The notes beneath the pieces were generated by a model. That model was given only the letters and a program-made list of their open reading frames with translations, had not been told where the DNA came from and ran no database searches. This document shows, piece by piece, positions 39,762-51,716 of a stretch of DNA of 64,000 bases (the first letter of the stretch is position 1; every line of letters begins with the position of its first letter). Origin of the DNA: Octopus vulgaris (lineage: Eukaryota). Made by a program: the position numbers and the translations under genes. The stretch lies in assembly GCA_951406725.2 (NCBI GenBank), contig OX597816.1, forward strand, positions 53,010,001 through 53,074,000, in the 5' to 3' direction.

Positions 39762-40012
39762 AAATGCGCCCTTTTAAAGCCTAGCCAGGCGCATGGGCCC
39801 GGTTTCCTGATTTCTATGGCGTATGTGTTTCCCAGCTGGATGGAACGCCAGTCCATCGCAGCGTTACCCATTTTTGCCAGCTGAGTGGACTGGAACAACG
39901 TGAAATGAAGTGTTTTGCTCAAGAACACAATGCGTCACCCGATCCAGGAATTGAAACCACAATCTTACGATCATGGTGCTGACACCCTAACCACTAAGCC
40001 ACACACCTCCAC
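39762..40012 (-). mobile_element. SINE family D
   Basis: Reverse head and core. Confidence 0.8.
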
Positions 40013-40227
40013 ATTATTATTATTATTATTATCATTTGTTGGATGAAATGCTTAGCAATATTTCACCCGTTGCTACGTTCTGAGTTCAAATTCCACTGAG
40101 GTTAATTTTGCCTTTCGTCCTTTCAGAGTCGATAAATTAAGTACCAGTTAAACACTGGGGTCGATGTAATTGACTAGACCTCTCCCCGAAAATTTCAGAC
40201 CTTGTGTCTATTGTAGAAAGAGTTATT

Positions 40228-40975
40228 AACTCCTCCTTAGCAAATGTGGAGGTATTATTTTCAGTCACGTTTGTTTGTTTGTTTGTTGGTGGACAAGATA
40301 TCTCAAGAACTGTTAGATAGATTTGCATGAAACTTTCATAGATGTTTGGCCTCATGACTGGCATGAATTGATTAGATTTTGGGATCGATCCAGTACCGGA
40401 TAAGGATTCTTGATTATTTTTCTGGATTTTTACTTAATTTTTGAGAGTGGTCAGGTTCATTTTTAGTATTCTCGTTTGTGAGAGCAGTCGAGTTTATTTC
40501 AGATATTCTAATTTTAAATCAAATGGAAATTATAGTTGTAATACCCATATCGGTGGCATGTAAAAAGCACCATCCGAACGTGGCTGATGCCAACACCGCC
40601 TTGACTGGCCCCTGTGTCGGTGGCACGTAAAAAGCACCCACTGGCTTCCATGCCAGTGGCATGTAAAAAGCACCAACTGATCATGGCTGATGCCAGCGCT
40701 GCCTTGACTGGCCCCTGTGCCAGTGGCATGTAAAAAGCACCCACTACACTCACAGAGTGGTTGGCATTAGGAAGGCCATCCAGCCATAGAAACTGCCAGA
40801 TCAGACTGGAGCTTGATGCAGCCTCCTGGCTTCTCAGACCCTGGTCGAACTGTCCAACCCATGCTAGCATGGAAAACGGACGTTAAATGATGGTGATGAT
40901 AATGATCTCTGGCTAATCATTGAGAGGATGTTGGTGTTGCCTTGGTGGAGGATTGCCCTCTCTGAGTGCTCTTGT
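40228..40975 (+). mobile_element. HINE-like element interrupted by a family E SINE (40517-40895)
   Basis: Collinear with 26868-27235 on both sides of the SINE. Confidence 0.75.
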
Positions 40976-41350
40976 TACTAATATTATTATAGGTATAGGA
41001 ATGGCTGTGTGGTTAAGAAGTCTTAACCACACAGCATTCAGTCTCAATGCACTACATCTTGGGTAACTGTCTTCTAATATAGCCCAAGGAAAACCGATGC
41101 ATTGTACATGAATTTGGTTGATGGAAGCTCTCAAGAAGACTGTCATATACGCACACACACACACACATGTACATGTACATACATACATTTAACATCCGTC
41201 TTCCATGCTGGTATGGGCTGCATGGTTTGACAGGTAACCCAGAAGACTGCACTAAGCTCCACTGTCTGCTTTGGTATAGTTTTTAAAGCTGGATGCTCTT
41301 CCTAGAGCCAACCACAAAGTGGACTGTGTTTTAAGTGGCACAAACACTGG

Positions 41351-41414
<64 letters not shown>

Positions 41415-42039
41415 CAGGCCGAAGAACGAAATGTTTCCAAGATAAGAGTCTTTCTAATCTAATGTTGTGGTTGAGCTGTTTTGTTTGTTTATTAGTTATT
41501 ATTATTATTACTATTATTAGTACTAGTATTGTCCCTTTGATCCCCTGGTCGACAGTTTGCTTATTATTATTATAATTATTATTATTACTATTTTCAGCTT
41601 CACCTCGTATTGCATATTATTTCTCCATACAGGGGTTTTTTTTCAATGGCGGCCCATTTTCGCGGGGTTCTACTGTTCTTCTCTATCTATCTCTCTCTCT
41701 CCCTTTCTCACGTTGTCTGCCATTCCCTCCCCCCTTCCATTGCTAAGAGCATTTCTAAGCCAGCCCGTCAGTTCAACCTTCGTATATTCCCGGTGCACCC
41801 GCCCTTGCCCACCACCAATACCGGATATCTCTATATTTTTGCTCCATCTATACCGGATGTCGCTTCTCCCACCACCATTATAGGTGTCTACTCTTCGAAC
41901 CCCCCTCTTCAATACGCTATTTCACCATGCGTTACCCCTCTCTTGATATCCTATGTTCTACTTGCCTAGAACCTGTCATCATTTCTCTGAACCACCCCTC
42001 CCCACTGGTGCTCCCCTATATATTTCTGCCCCCCCCCCC

Positions 42040-42280
42040 ACATAAAAGCACCATCCGAACGTGGCCGATGCCAGACCCCTCTGGCACCTGTGCAGGTGGC
42101 ATGTAAAAAACACCCACTACACTCGCCGAGTGGTTGGCGTTAGGAAGGGCATCCAGCTGTAGAAACACTGCCAGACTAGACTGGAGCCTGGGGCAGTCCC
42201 GAGCTCCCCAGACCCCGGTCGAAACCGTCCAACCCGTGCTAGCGCGGAAAACGGACGTTAAACGATGATGATGATGATGA
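42040..42280 (+). mobile_element. SINE family E
   Basis: Well-preserved 3' block with (GAT)n tail. Confidence 0.85.
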
Positions 42281-42320
42281 TATATATATATATATATATG
42301 TATATATATCACACAAAGAA

Positions 42321-42552
42321 GGCGGCGAGCTGGCAGAAACGTTAGCATGCCGGGCAAAATGCGTAGCTGTATTTCGTCTGTCGTTACGTTCTGAGTTCAA
42401 AAATCCGCCGAGGTCGACTTTGCCTTTCATCCTTTCGGGGTCAATAAATTAAGTACCATATACGCACTGGAGTTGATGTAATCGGCTAAATCCCTTTGTC
42501 TGTCCTTGTTTGTCCCCTCTGTGTTTAGCCCCTTGTAGGTAGTAAAGAAATA
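42321..42552 (+). mobile_element. SINE family A, young copy
   Basis: CpG-intact GGCGGCGAGCTGGCAGAAACGTTAGC head. Confidence 0.9.
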
Positions 42553-42570
42553 TATATATATATATATATA

Positions 42571-42910
42571 TTATTGTATTTAGGAATGGTCATGTTGCCA
42601 TTTTAGCTAATAAAAACACAAGCACTATATATTTGGTGTTAATTTGCTTCAGCTTTATTTATTTTTTACATTAATCTTAATCTTGTTTCGGCCAGAGTTC
42701 TTTCGTCACACTCCCGTGACCTCATCAGTGGTCCTTTGCTTTCTTCTTTCTTATTTGTGTATCTCCCCTTACTAATGATCAGCCATTTTGCATTTTGCGT
42801 TCTTTTTGTATGCGTCACATTTGCTGAAGTAAACTAACACCAGATATATAGTGCGTGTGTTTTTATTGGCTAAACTGGCAACATGACCATTCCTAAATAC
42901 AACAATATAT
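42571..42910 (-). mobile_element. Hammerhead-bearing element with ~85-bp inverted ends (family H5)
   Basis: IR 42571-42653 / 42823-42908; homolog at 49587-49780. Confidence 0.7.
42690..42734 (-). ncRNA. Minimal type I hammerhead
   Basis: GGACCA-CUGAUGA-G-GUCAC(GGGAGU)GUGAC-GAAA-GAAC-UC-UGGCC. Confidence 0.7.
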
Positions 42911-42961
42911 GTTTCAACACATGATTTCACATCAAGAATGTTGCAAAACAAATATATAAAC

Positions 42962-43043
<82 letters not shown>

Positions 43044-43046
<3 letters not shown>

Positions 43047-43313
43047 AGTTCAGCAAAAATGTAGATTCAAATGAATATGGTACTTAAGTTAGATGCACCA
43101 GAATTTTGTATGGTGTTATCCATAAAAATCCATGGGGTGATTATAATCAAAATAAGCAACAAGAATGACTCCGGTAATTTGGTACGATCGTTTTGTACTA
43201 CATCATTTTATTAAATGTTGTAAAATGTTGTAAATGTTACAACATCTAATAAAATGATGTAGCACGAAACAATCGTACCAAATTACCGGAGTCATTCTTG
43301 TTACTTATTTTGA
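43044..43313. mobile_element. Fold-back derivative of family H3
   Basis: Palindrome 43147-43313; arms carry GAAAC(G/A)ATCGTA, the 3' half of a hammerhead. Confidence 0.65.
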
Positions 43314-44700
43314 GTATATATATATATATACACACACACACAGATACATAAACACACACAAACATGACAAGCTTCCCTCAGTTTCCATCTACAAAATTGT
43401 TCACAAGTTTTTAGTCAGCTAGAAGTCATAGAAGTTACTTGCCCAAGGCTCCACATAGTGAGACTGAACCCAGAGTCATATGGTTGGGAAGCAAACTTCT
43501 TACCACACAGCCATACATGCACCCACAAACACACACACACACACGCACAAATAAACACACACACACACACACACACATTCATTTATTTTTTATTTGTTTC
43601 AGTCATTTGACGGCGGCCATTCCTGAGCACCACCTTTAGTCAAACAAATAGACCTCAGGACTTATTCTTTGTAAGCCTAGTATTTATTCTATCGATCTCT
43701 TTTTGTTGAACCACTAAGTTAAAGGGACAGAAACACACCAAAATCAGTTGTCAAGCGATGGTGGTGAGGACAAACACAGATACACAAATAAATACATACA
43801 TATATATGGTGATTGGTGGTTGTCTACTCCTTATGCAGAATTTGACCACCTCCTGATGGCATCTGATGTGGCTTTTTATACCAGACAATCTTTTGAAAAG
43901 ACACCCACATAGATTGCATATTCGATTTGGACCACCAAGAGCTGCAGATAAGTTCTGATCTTTGTGGATCTTAAAATGTCTTTTGAGACCTCCCCTTATA
44001 TATATGACAGGTTTCTTTCAGTTTCTGTCTACCAAATCTACTCACAAAGCTTTAGTCGGCCAGAGACTATAGTAGAAGACACTTGTCCAAGGGTCCATGC
44101 AGTGAGACTGAACCCAGAACCATGTGGTTGGGAAGCAAGCTTCTTTCATTCATTATAATGGCCATAAAGGCCTTACATAGAAGGAAAGCTACGAGCTGGA
44201 CATAAACATACTGTTATGAAATGACAAATGAAAATGATGATAAATGAGGTCAACAAGCAGTGCCCACTGATTGCTGCTTACCCGAGAACATTGATCTTTT
44301 ATATTTCATTCAGAAGGCAACAAGCCTCTTACATTTTTCACAATTCAATAACAAAAATGAGGCACTAAGCCTCTTACCTTTATTTTGAACTTCCATGCCC
44401 CGCCAAGCTCCTCACCTCATTAAAGCACCTGGACGATGCCAAGTCAGGCCACTTTAACATAAATCTAAAAGTGTCCTTGGGGAAGGAATTCATCACCCTA
44501 CACAAATCAGTCTCCCATATGACCTCCGCAGCCACCTACGAAGGCCAGTCAGGGTCCTCAGTGCAGGATAGAATCCCTACCCTCCGGCCTTTCTTTTTAA
44601 ACTGCTTAATGAAGCGTTCCAACTACCCTCCCTTATGGAAGAGGATCACAAACTCCTCTTACTACACAGCCACCCCTATATACATACATACATATATATA

Positions 44701-45212
44701 CCGTAAATCTCGAGTATAGTCCGCCCTTGAGTATAATACGCAGAGGATTTTTAGGGGGCTGTACCTCTGAAAAACTTAAACCTTGTGTATAATACGCACC
44801 CCTTCTCTAACTTGAGTCAAAGAGGTCTATATAACGTCCGTGGTTTGTAAAAATGTATACACTAACGTCCTTTATTATTATTATTGTATATATAACATAA
44901 TGCAAACGTGTAGCATTTTTGTACCTTTTGTTTGCAGAAAATAAAGAAATAACAGTAATAACGTTTAATAAATGTTGCTCACTGCAAGTTATGGATGATT
45001 CTTTTATAACTTCATTGCTTTCAGGCTTAGCTTAGGGTATTTTCGTGCCCAACATCACAAAATGTGTCTGAATACACATAGCCAGACAGCAAATAGAGAC
45101 TCGGATACTGCTTAGAAAATAATTTTAATTTTTAACCTCGAATATAGTATGCACTAGAGATTTTGACCTTAAATTTTGGGGGAAAAATACGGATTATACT
45201 CAAGGATTTGCT
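44701..45212. mobile_element. Tc2/pogo-type MITE
   Basis: TA|CCGTAAATCTCGAGTATAGTCCG ... CGGATTATACTCAAGGATTT TIRs; repeated GTATAATACGCA subterminal motifs. Confidence 0.7.
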
Positions 45213-47274
45213 ACTACTGGTATTTCGGCCACTGGTCATTTTCATACTAATAGCTAATGAATCTAGTCAGCACACAAGACAGCCATTATGCTCCCCACCA
45301 CAAAATACCACCACGTGGACTCTATTGAGACTAGTAAGAAACAATTATGAACTTTTTTATTATACTTAACTTTTAAAAATATTTTTGATAAGGTTCGTTC
45401 TTTCAAGAAGAACCGAAACATGTAAAATCTCTAAGAAAATTAAAATTCATCTTATATAGTGGCATTTTCAAACTTCTTTTTTATAAATATATATACACAT
45501 ATATAAGACAGGCTTTGTAGAATTTCCTCGAAGTATTGGTCACCACAGAACAAAGGTGCCATAGGCTAGAACTGAACCTGAAACCATGTGACTGCAAAGC
45601 AGACAATTTAATCACACAGCAATGCATGCACCTATTTATCACATAGAATTATGATGCAATGTTTAGATTTAATAAAAAGAGAAAATGTTAGATGTGCCAG
45701 AGTTTTATTTTTCTATAATTTATTATTTACCATAAAACATAACATGGTCAGGCAAGAGATTGCCAAAATGGTTAAAAGCGCTTTCTACAACTCTGAAATT
45801 CAGTTTTTTTTTTGTTTGTTTTTTATATATAATACATTATCTGCTCTATGAAAAAAAAAAATGACAGAATTTAAACTTTACAGTTCAAAGATGAAAGCCT
45901 AAAAAGCCATCGTTCTTCAGCAATCTATTAAATAAGTAATAGAATTAGATTGAGATAAGTGGATGAATTGATCAAAACACTGGCATTTATCCTTCATGTG
46001 AGTAAAAGTATATGGAAGCAATGTCTTTTGGGAGCTTCCAACTATAACCAATTACTTCTTACTTAGTGCCTTCTTGACAAAAACAAAAAAAATACAAACC
46101 AGAGCATGTATATTGCTAAAATCAAACACACATGACAGCAACATTTCATTGAAAATGAACAAGAAATATGCTTTAGATTTAGAACTAAAAACCTCCTTCA
46201 GATGCATAGTAGCAGGCTTGAAATAAAAAGTACCATCAAAAAGTTGCAAAGAATTATAAGTCATCTTGCAGAAATATGACAGGAAAAAGAATGATCTATA
46301 AAACAAGACATTATTAACTACAATGTAGGTTCTTTGACTGAAGCAGTTACTTCATAGAATCTACCAATCATGTGAATGCTCTCAGCTTGCAGCGTTGCGA
46401 TGAAGTGGGATTCTTTCAATATAGCAGTTTCATTTCAACTAGTCAATAGCTAACCTCCAGTCTATTTAGTGATCTTATTAGGGTTTAAAATTACACAATC
46501 TGTAACTGAATTTAATTACATTAAACCAAGTTCCCTATACTGTAATGCCATCATCTTCAAATGAGCAAATTTCGTTTGGAACCAGGTACGTAATAATTTT
46601 GTACTAAATTCCTTAGGAGAGCATAATATTTATATGCTTGAAAATGACCAACTTAAAATCCATTCACAGCTGAGTAGACTAACGCAATGAGAAATGAAGT
46701 GCTTTGGTGAAGGACACAAAGTACTTACCATTCCATGAATTATTTACAATAATTTTTTTCTATCACTTGGTCAAAGAGAGAAGGACAGCACTAACAGCCC
46801 TTTTCAGGACCTCTAGTAAGAGAAACAGAAGTGACCTTCCAACAGGAGATTTTACCCACATGGTTGCAACTGAGAAAACTCACTTAAGGGCAATCAAGTC
46901 CAGCTGGTTGTGTTAAATTGGATGATGGATTACGTAAATCATCCATGAACAGGAAACAGGTTTCCACAGTCTCCATCCATCAAATTTGACTCACATGAGG
47001 GTTATGGTAGAAGGTGTTGCACAAGAGAACAAAACATGAAACAACATAAGTTTGCTTTATATATTTGTAGAGCAAACTTCTTACCACACTACTATAATTA
47101 TGCCCTGTCTTAACTCTATAGCTATTTAAGTAGTTCAAATTTATAGAAAACAAAATACAAAGACAGATGAAGGAACAACAAGCAGGTATATTAGTTTGAT
47201 GTTTGGGAAGAATGGAAAAGTACTTGACATTTCGAGCCTACATTTTTTAACAGAAAACACTGACAAGAATTCAA

Positions 47275-47507
47275 AGCAGCAAGCTGGCAGAAATGTTAGC
47301 ACGGTGGGCGAAATGCTTTGCGGTATTTCATCTGCCATTACATTCTGAGTTCAAATTCCACCGAGGTCAACTTTGCCTTTCATCCTTTCGAGTTTGATAA
47401 ATTAAGTACCAGTTATGCACTGGGGTCAATGTAATCGACTTAATACCTTTGTCTGTCCTTGTTTGTCCCCTCTATGTTTAGCCTCTTGTGGGCAATAAAG
47501 AAATAAG
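47275..47507 (+). mobile_element. SINE family A
   Basis: Matches 42321-42552. Confidence 0.88.
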
Positions 47508-47872
47508 AAAAGTCTGAGAAGAAAAAAAGGAAAGAGAACAAAAAAATAAACAAGAGAGAAAAAATGTGTAGGGATTAACAATTATTTAAGGACTCATTCT
47601 TAACAACATGGTCATACTTGTACCCTTCTTTAATTATATGGCTATACCTGTGTTCAATTTTAGCTTCACAGCAATGCCTCCACCCATTTAGAACCACCCA
47701 TTTATGTCTATACCCATTCTTAACTTCACAGCTACATCTGCATTCATTCTGAACCACACTGTCCATTTTCATGCATACAGCCACATCTACAGCAATTTTT
47801 ACCAGTCCTTCATACATATATCGTAAAATACCTAGAATTATAATAGATTTCAGCTAATTATTAAAAATTTTG

Positions 47873-48129
47873 TGAAGTATATTTGCCACTTAAATGTGGC
47901 TAACCCCTAAGGGTGGATGCTACTGTAGCTTGTAGCCACAGGAGGACACCTCCTCCAGCTGGCTATTGACACACTTTCTGTGCCCTATCTTAGGGCTACA
48001 AACTACAAGTACGATAGGGCACAGAAAGTTTGTCAATAGCCAGCTGGAGGAGGTGTCCTCCTGGGGCTACAAGCTATAGTAACATCCACCCTTAGGAGTT
48101 AGCCACATTTAAGTGGCAAAAATACTTCA
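47873..48129. repeat. Long inverted repeat (117-bp arms, 23-bp loop)
   Basis: 47873-47989 is the reverse complement of 48013-48129 with few mismatches. Confidence 0.9.
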
Positions 48130-49252
48130 TGATGTCGTGAAGCTACTGTTTATACCTCACCCAGAGATTTATTATTGCTTATTAAAAATTTGTTCATCAG
48201 TTATGAAAGGGTTGATACCCCATATTGTAAGAGAATCTTTAAAATGTTACAATATCTTCGGCATTTGATACAATCTGCAGCAAGTCAATACTTCATTAAA
48301 TCAGCTCACATTTTACATCCAGCAAGAGATATATGATGCACACTCTAATACAGTGATGAACGTTCTGAACATGTATCCTATTGCAGTCAATTTGTTGCTG
48401 CTCCTGAAGATGATGTATAACAGAATAATTTTAAAATTTTCTAAAAAGTAAAAAGTACTTCATACTAAAGTAAAAAGTAGTTGTTTTAGTGCAGATTTTT
48501 CTTATATATTATGTCTAGCATATTTATCTTTTTATTTATCATTTCACTATGCTGGACTACTGAAATCTACAAGTGGTTTTCATTCTCTCTGTTCATTTTC
48601 TCTTATTCCTTTCTTCTGAAGAGCATAGGCACCAAACATAGACATTTTTATTTTCCCAAGCTTCAAACTAATATATTTGCTTGTTGTTCATACATTTGTC
48701 TTCGTCTTTTGTTTTTCCATAAATTTCAACAATATATATATATAAATATATAAATTTAAGATCCAAGGCTCGAGGTGTGGGAAGAAGGTTAGCTTCAAGC
48801 AAACGATAGACAATATAAAACACAACTTTCAGGAGCAATAGTGTTTTATTGAGGTGGAAGGTTGTGGATTTTTTTATATCAAAGTATGGTATATGTATGT
48901 AATCTTTGTAGTACATATACACATTTAGCTTATCTCTCCATAGACTTAAAATATAATGAATGACTTTAATTGATTTTCAAACCAGACTCACAACAGTGGT
49001 GTTTACATCAATTTGACCAATATCAGAGAAAGAGTCAGCCAATATGTTTATATACTCAGCAATTCCAGGAGCTACAGAGAACAGGAACTACTAATTTGCA
49101 TATTGTGTTAACACTTTTTATTTAATGTCAGGAGCCTGCCAGTAGGGATCTCAGTCCACACAGTATCAAGGTAATGTATAGTATATATAACCAGTACAGT
49201 TAATTTAGCTGTTTTCCTGTAGATTGTAAAAAGGATGAATGGCTTTTCAAAT

Positions 49253-49296
<44 letters not shown>

Positions 49297-49299
<3 letters not shown>

Positions 49300-49425
49300 A
49301 ATTTTTAGTGTAATAAGATAAAAAAAAACAAAGGCTGTGTAGATATTAGACCATTTATAGATATCTATTTATCTATAAATATCTACACAGCTTTGGTTTT
49401 TTATCTTATTACACAAAAAATTCTT
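49297..49425. repeat. Imperfect palindrome at the start of a (TA)n-flanked insert (49297-49567)
   Basis: AAGAATTTTT.GTGTAATAAGATAAAAA..CTGTGTAGATATT and its reverse complement. Confidence 0.8.
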
Positions 49426-49624
49426 TATGTACTCACGCTGACATAGAACCAACGTTGAACCCCTTATTCGCAAAATTACTGAATCTGGAACTTAACTATG
49501 GTCTGTCTATAGCACTTGTTCAGCATTACCCGACACCTTTGGGTCTCAATGACACCATTATCTCTCATATATATATATATATATATGGAGTAAGCAGAGC
49601 AAGAGCACACACAAGGATGAAAGG

Positions 49625-49669
49625 TGTTACTGAAGAGGTCAGAGATGTGTGATGAAAGATTTCCAGACA
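49625..49669 (+). ncRNA. Hammerhead of family H5 (degraded stem I)
   Basis: CUGAAGA-G-GUCA(GAGAUGUG)UGAU-GAAA-GAUU-UC within the element at 49587-49780. Confidence 0.5.
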
Positions 49670-49771
49670 TCGGACATGAGTTAAAATAAGAACAGTAATA
49701 AATGAGTGAAGAATTAATATATAGTGTGCATGTTTATTTTGGAAAAAAAAAAAAAATGACCATCCCAAAAT

Positions 49772-49801
<30 letters not shown>

Positions 49802-49802
<1 letters not shown>

Positions 49803-50157
49803 AAGGAAATGAAGAAAATGCTGACAAAATAATTTAAGTAAGGTAGAGTGTATTTAATTAGGTGAAAGTTCTTTTTACCGGTTGCGCATTTGTTATGCTT
49901 ATCAAAAGATATTTTTTTAAGAGAGATAGAGTTCCTTTCTGATAGATTTTTTTCTCTTATCATATTTTTCTCTCAGATTTACATGTTTATTGAAGCAGAT
50001 AAGAGAAAAAAATCTATCAGAAAGGAACTCTATCTCTCTTAAAAAAATATCTTTTGATAAGCATAACAAATGCGCAACCGGTAAAAAGAACTTTCACCTA
50101 ATTAAATACAACCTACCTTACTTAAATTATTTTGTCACCATTTTCTTCATTTCCTTT
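49802..50157. repeat. Long inverted repeat (160-bp arms, 36-bp loop) in (TA)n
   Basis: 49802-49961 vs 49998-50157 nearly perfect; both arms encode the same spurious ORF. Confidence 0.95.
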
Positions 50158-50217
50158 TTTTATATATCACAACTCGTGTTCCACATCTCCTTTTTTAAAT
50201 ATATATATATATATATA

Positions 50218-50432
50218 TGAGGGTGATGAAAAGTTCCTAGCTTTGGGTAAAGAAAATTCAGGAGGTTCAGTTAATTATGACTTCATCCCAACATATTTTT
50301 CTCTCAGATTTATATGTTTATTGAAGCAGTCCTTCAGTTTTTCTAAGCTCTGTAAAAGATCTTGGAATGTTGGGCCTCCAACCAGACCTATTATGATACC
50401 CTTAAAACCAGGAATTTTTCTACACCCCCTTG
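50218..50432. mobile_element. Mariner-type MITE
   Basis: TA|TGAGGG..GAAAAGTTCCTAGCTTT ... AAAACCAGGAATTTTTC..CCCCCTTG|TA. Confidence 0.65.
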
Positions 50433-51440
50433 TATATGCACATACACACATACATACATATATATTTAGTTTTCTGATGAAATAATCTTGATCTTGATTT
50501 GCTCCACCAAATCTCAACTGTTACAACACTGATGTAACTGCATACATATATATGTTTACAGACATACTTATGTATGGGTGTGAGTGAGTGTATGTATGAG
50601 CAAGCAAAGTATGTGGTGGCTATGTGCATGTGAGTATTTTCTATGCTTTTGTATTCTTTAAAATATCATTATGAGAGAATGAACATAAAAAGTAGGAAGT
50701 GAATAAAATATATATTTACAGTCTCTAGTCATAATGAATAATTATAAGAGGAACTTTCCATAATTGGCAGAAAAAAAATGCAGATTATATAGCAATATCA
50801 AGCGATTCTTTCAGTAGGTCTTTCACATGATTAATTCCAATACAGTAATTTATATCTATATACAGTCAGTGGCCTCTAATAAAATATATAGACATACAAA
50901 GTGTACAAACCAATGAGAAAGCATCTAGAAATAAGAGTCAAATCTCCCCTAAACTGGCTGTAAAAAAGATGATGCAATGGATAACGTAGTCCAAGACAAT
51001 CCTTGTTTATAATCAAGATAGGATGGTCACAGCTGAAATGCCTGTAATCATAGGTTTAGATGGTTAAGTTTGGCTTGGACCTAAAGAACAAGAGGAATAG
51101 AGGTACAAACCCGACAGTAGAGAGATTGCATGCCCAGATTGTCATGCTCCACCCTATATATTTAATCCCTGTATGTCATGTCAGACTGCAAAGTATAGTT
51201 CTCTGCAAGGCAGCAGCATGGTATACCTACATTAACAAACCCATGGGTCGGACGTTCTACAGGGGCTACAAAACAACAAAAATAACAACAACCAAATGTT
51301 GGGGAAAAAAAAAATTTGAAGAAGCAAAAGGAAATGCTGTGAAATCTAATAGAAGAGATCAGGACTGAAACATTTTAAATCTCATAAATACAAGACTTTG
51401 GAAACATCTAAAGAATTCAGAAATAATCTTAGGTAGTATT

Positions 51441-51677
51441 GGCGCAGGAGTGGCTGTGTGCTAAGTAGCTTGCTTACCAACCACATGGTTCCAGGTTCAT
51501 TCCCACTGTGTGACACCTTGGGCAAGTGTCTTCTACTATAGCCTCGGGCCAACCAAAGCCTTGTGAGTGGATTTGGTAGATGGAAACTGAAAGAAGCCCG
51601 TCGCATATATGTATATATATATATATTTTTTTTTTCTTGTTTCAGCTAAGAGCTGCGGCCATGCTGATGCACCGCCG

Positions 51678-51716
<39 letters not shown>

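Noticed and set aside
48030-48125. Twister-like GGCUACAAGC hairpin in the 47.9-kb palindrome
   Set aside because: P4 loop length is off, and the required downstream GA plus T1 pseudoknot partner is absent.
49565-50220. Two ORFs with the same IREKNLSERNSISLKK peptide
   Set aside because: A consequence of the inverted repeat, not a duplicated gene.
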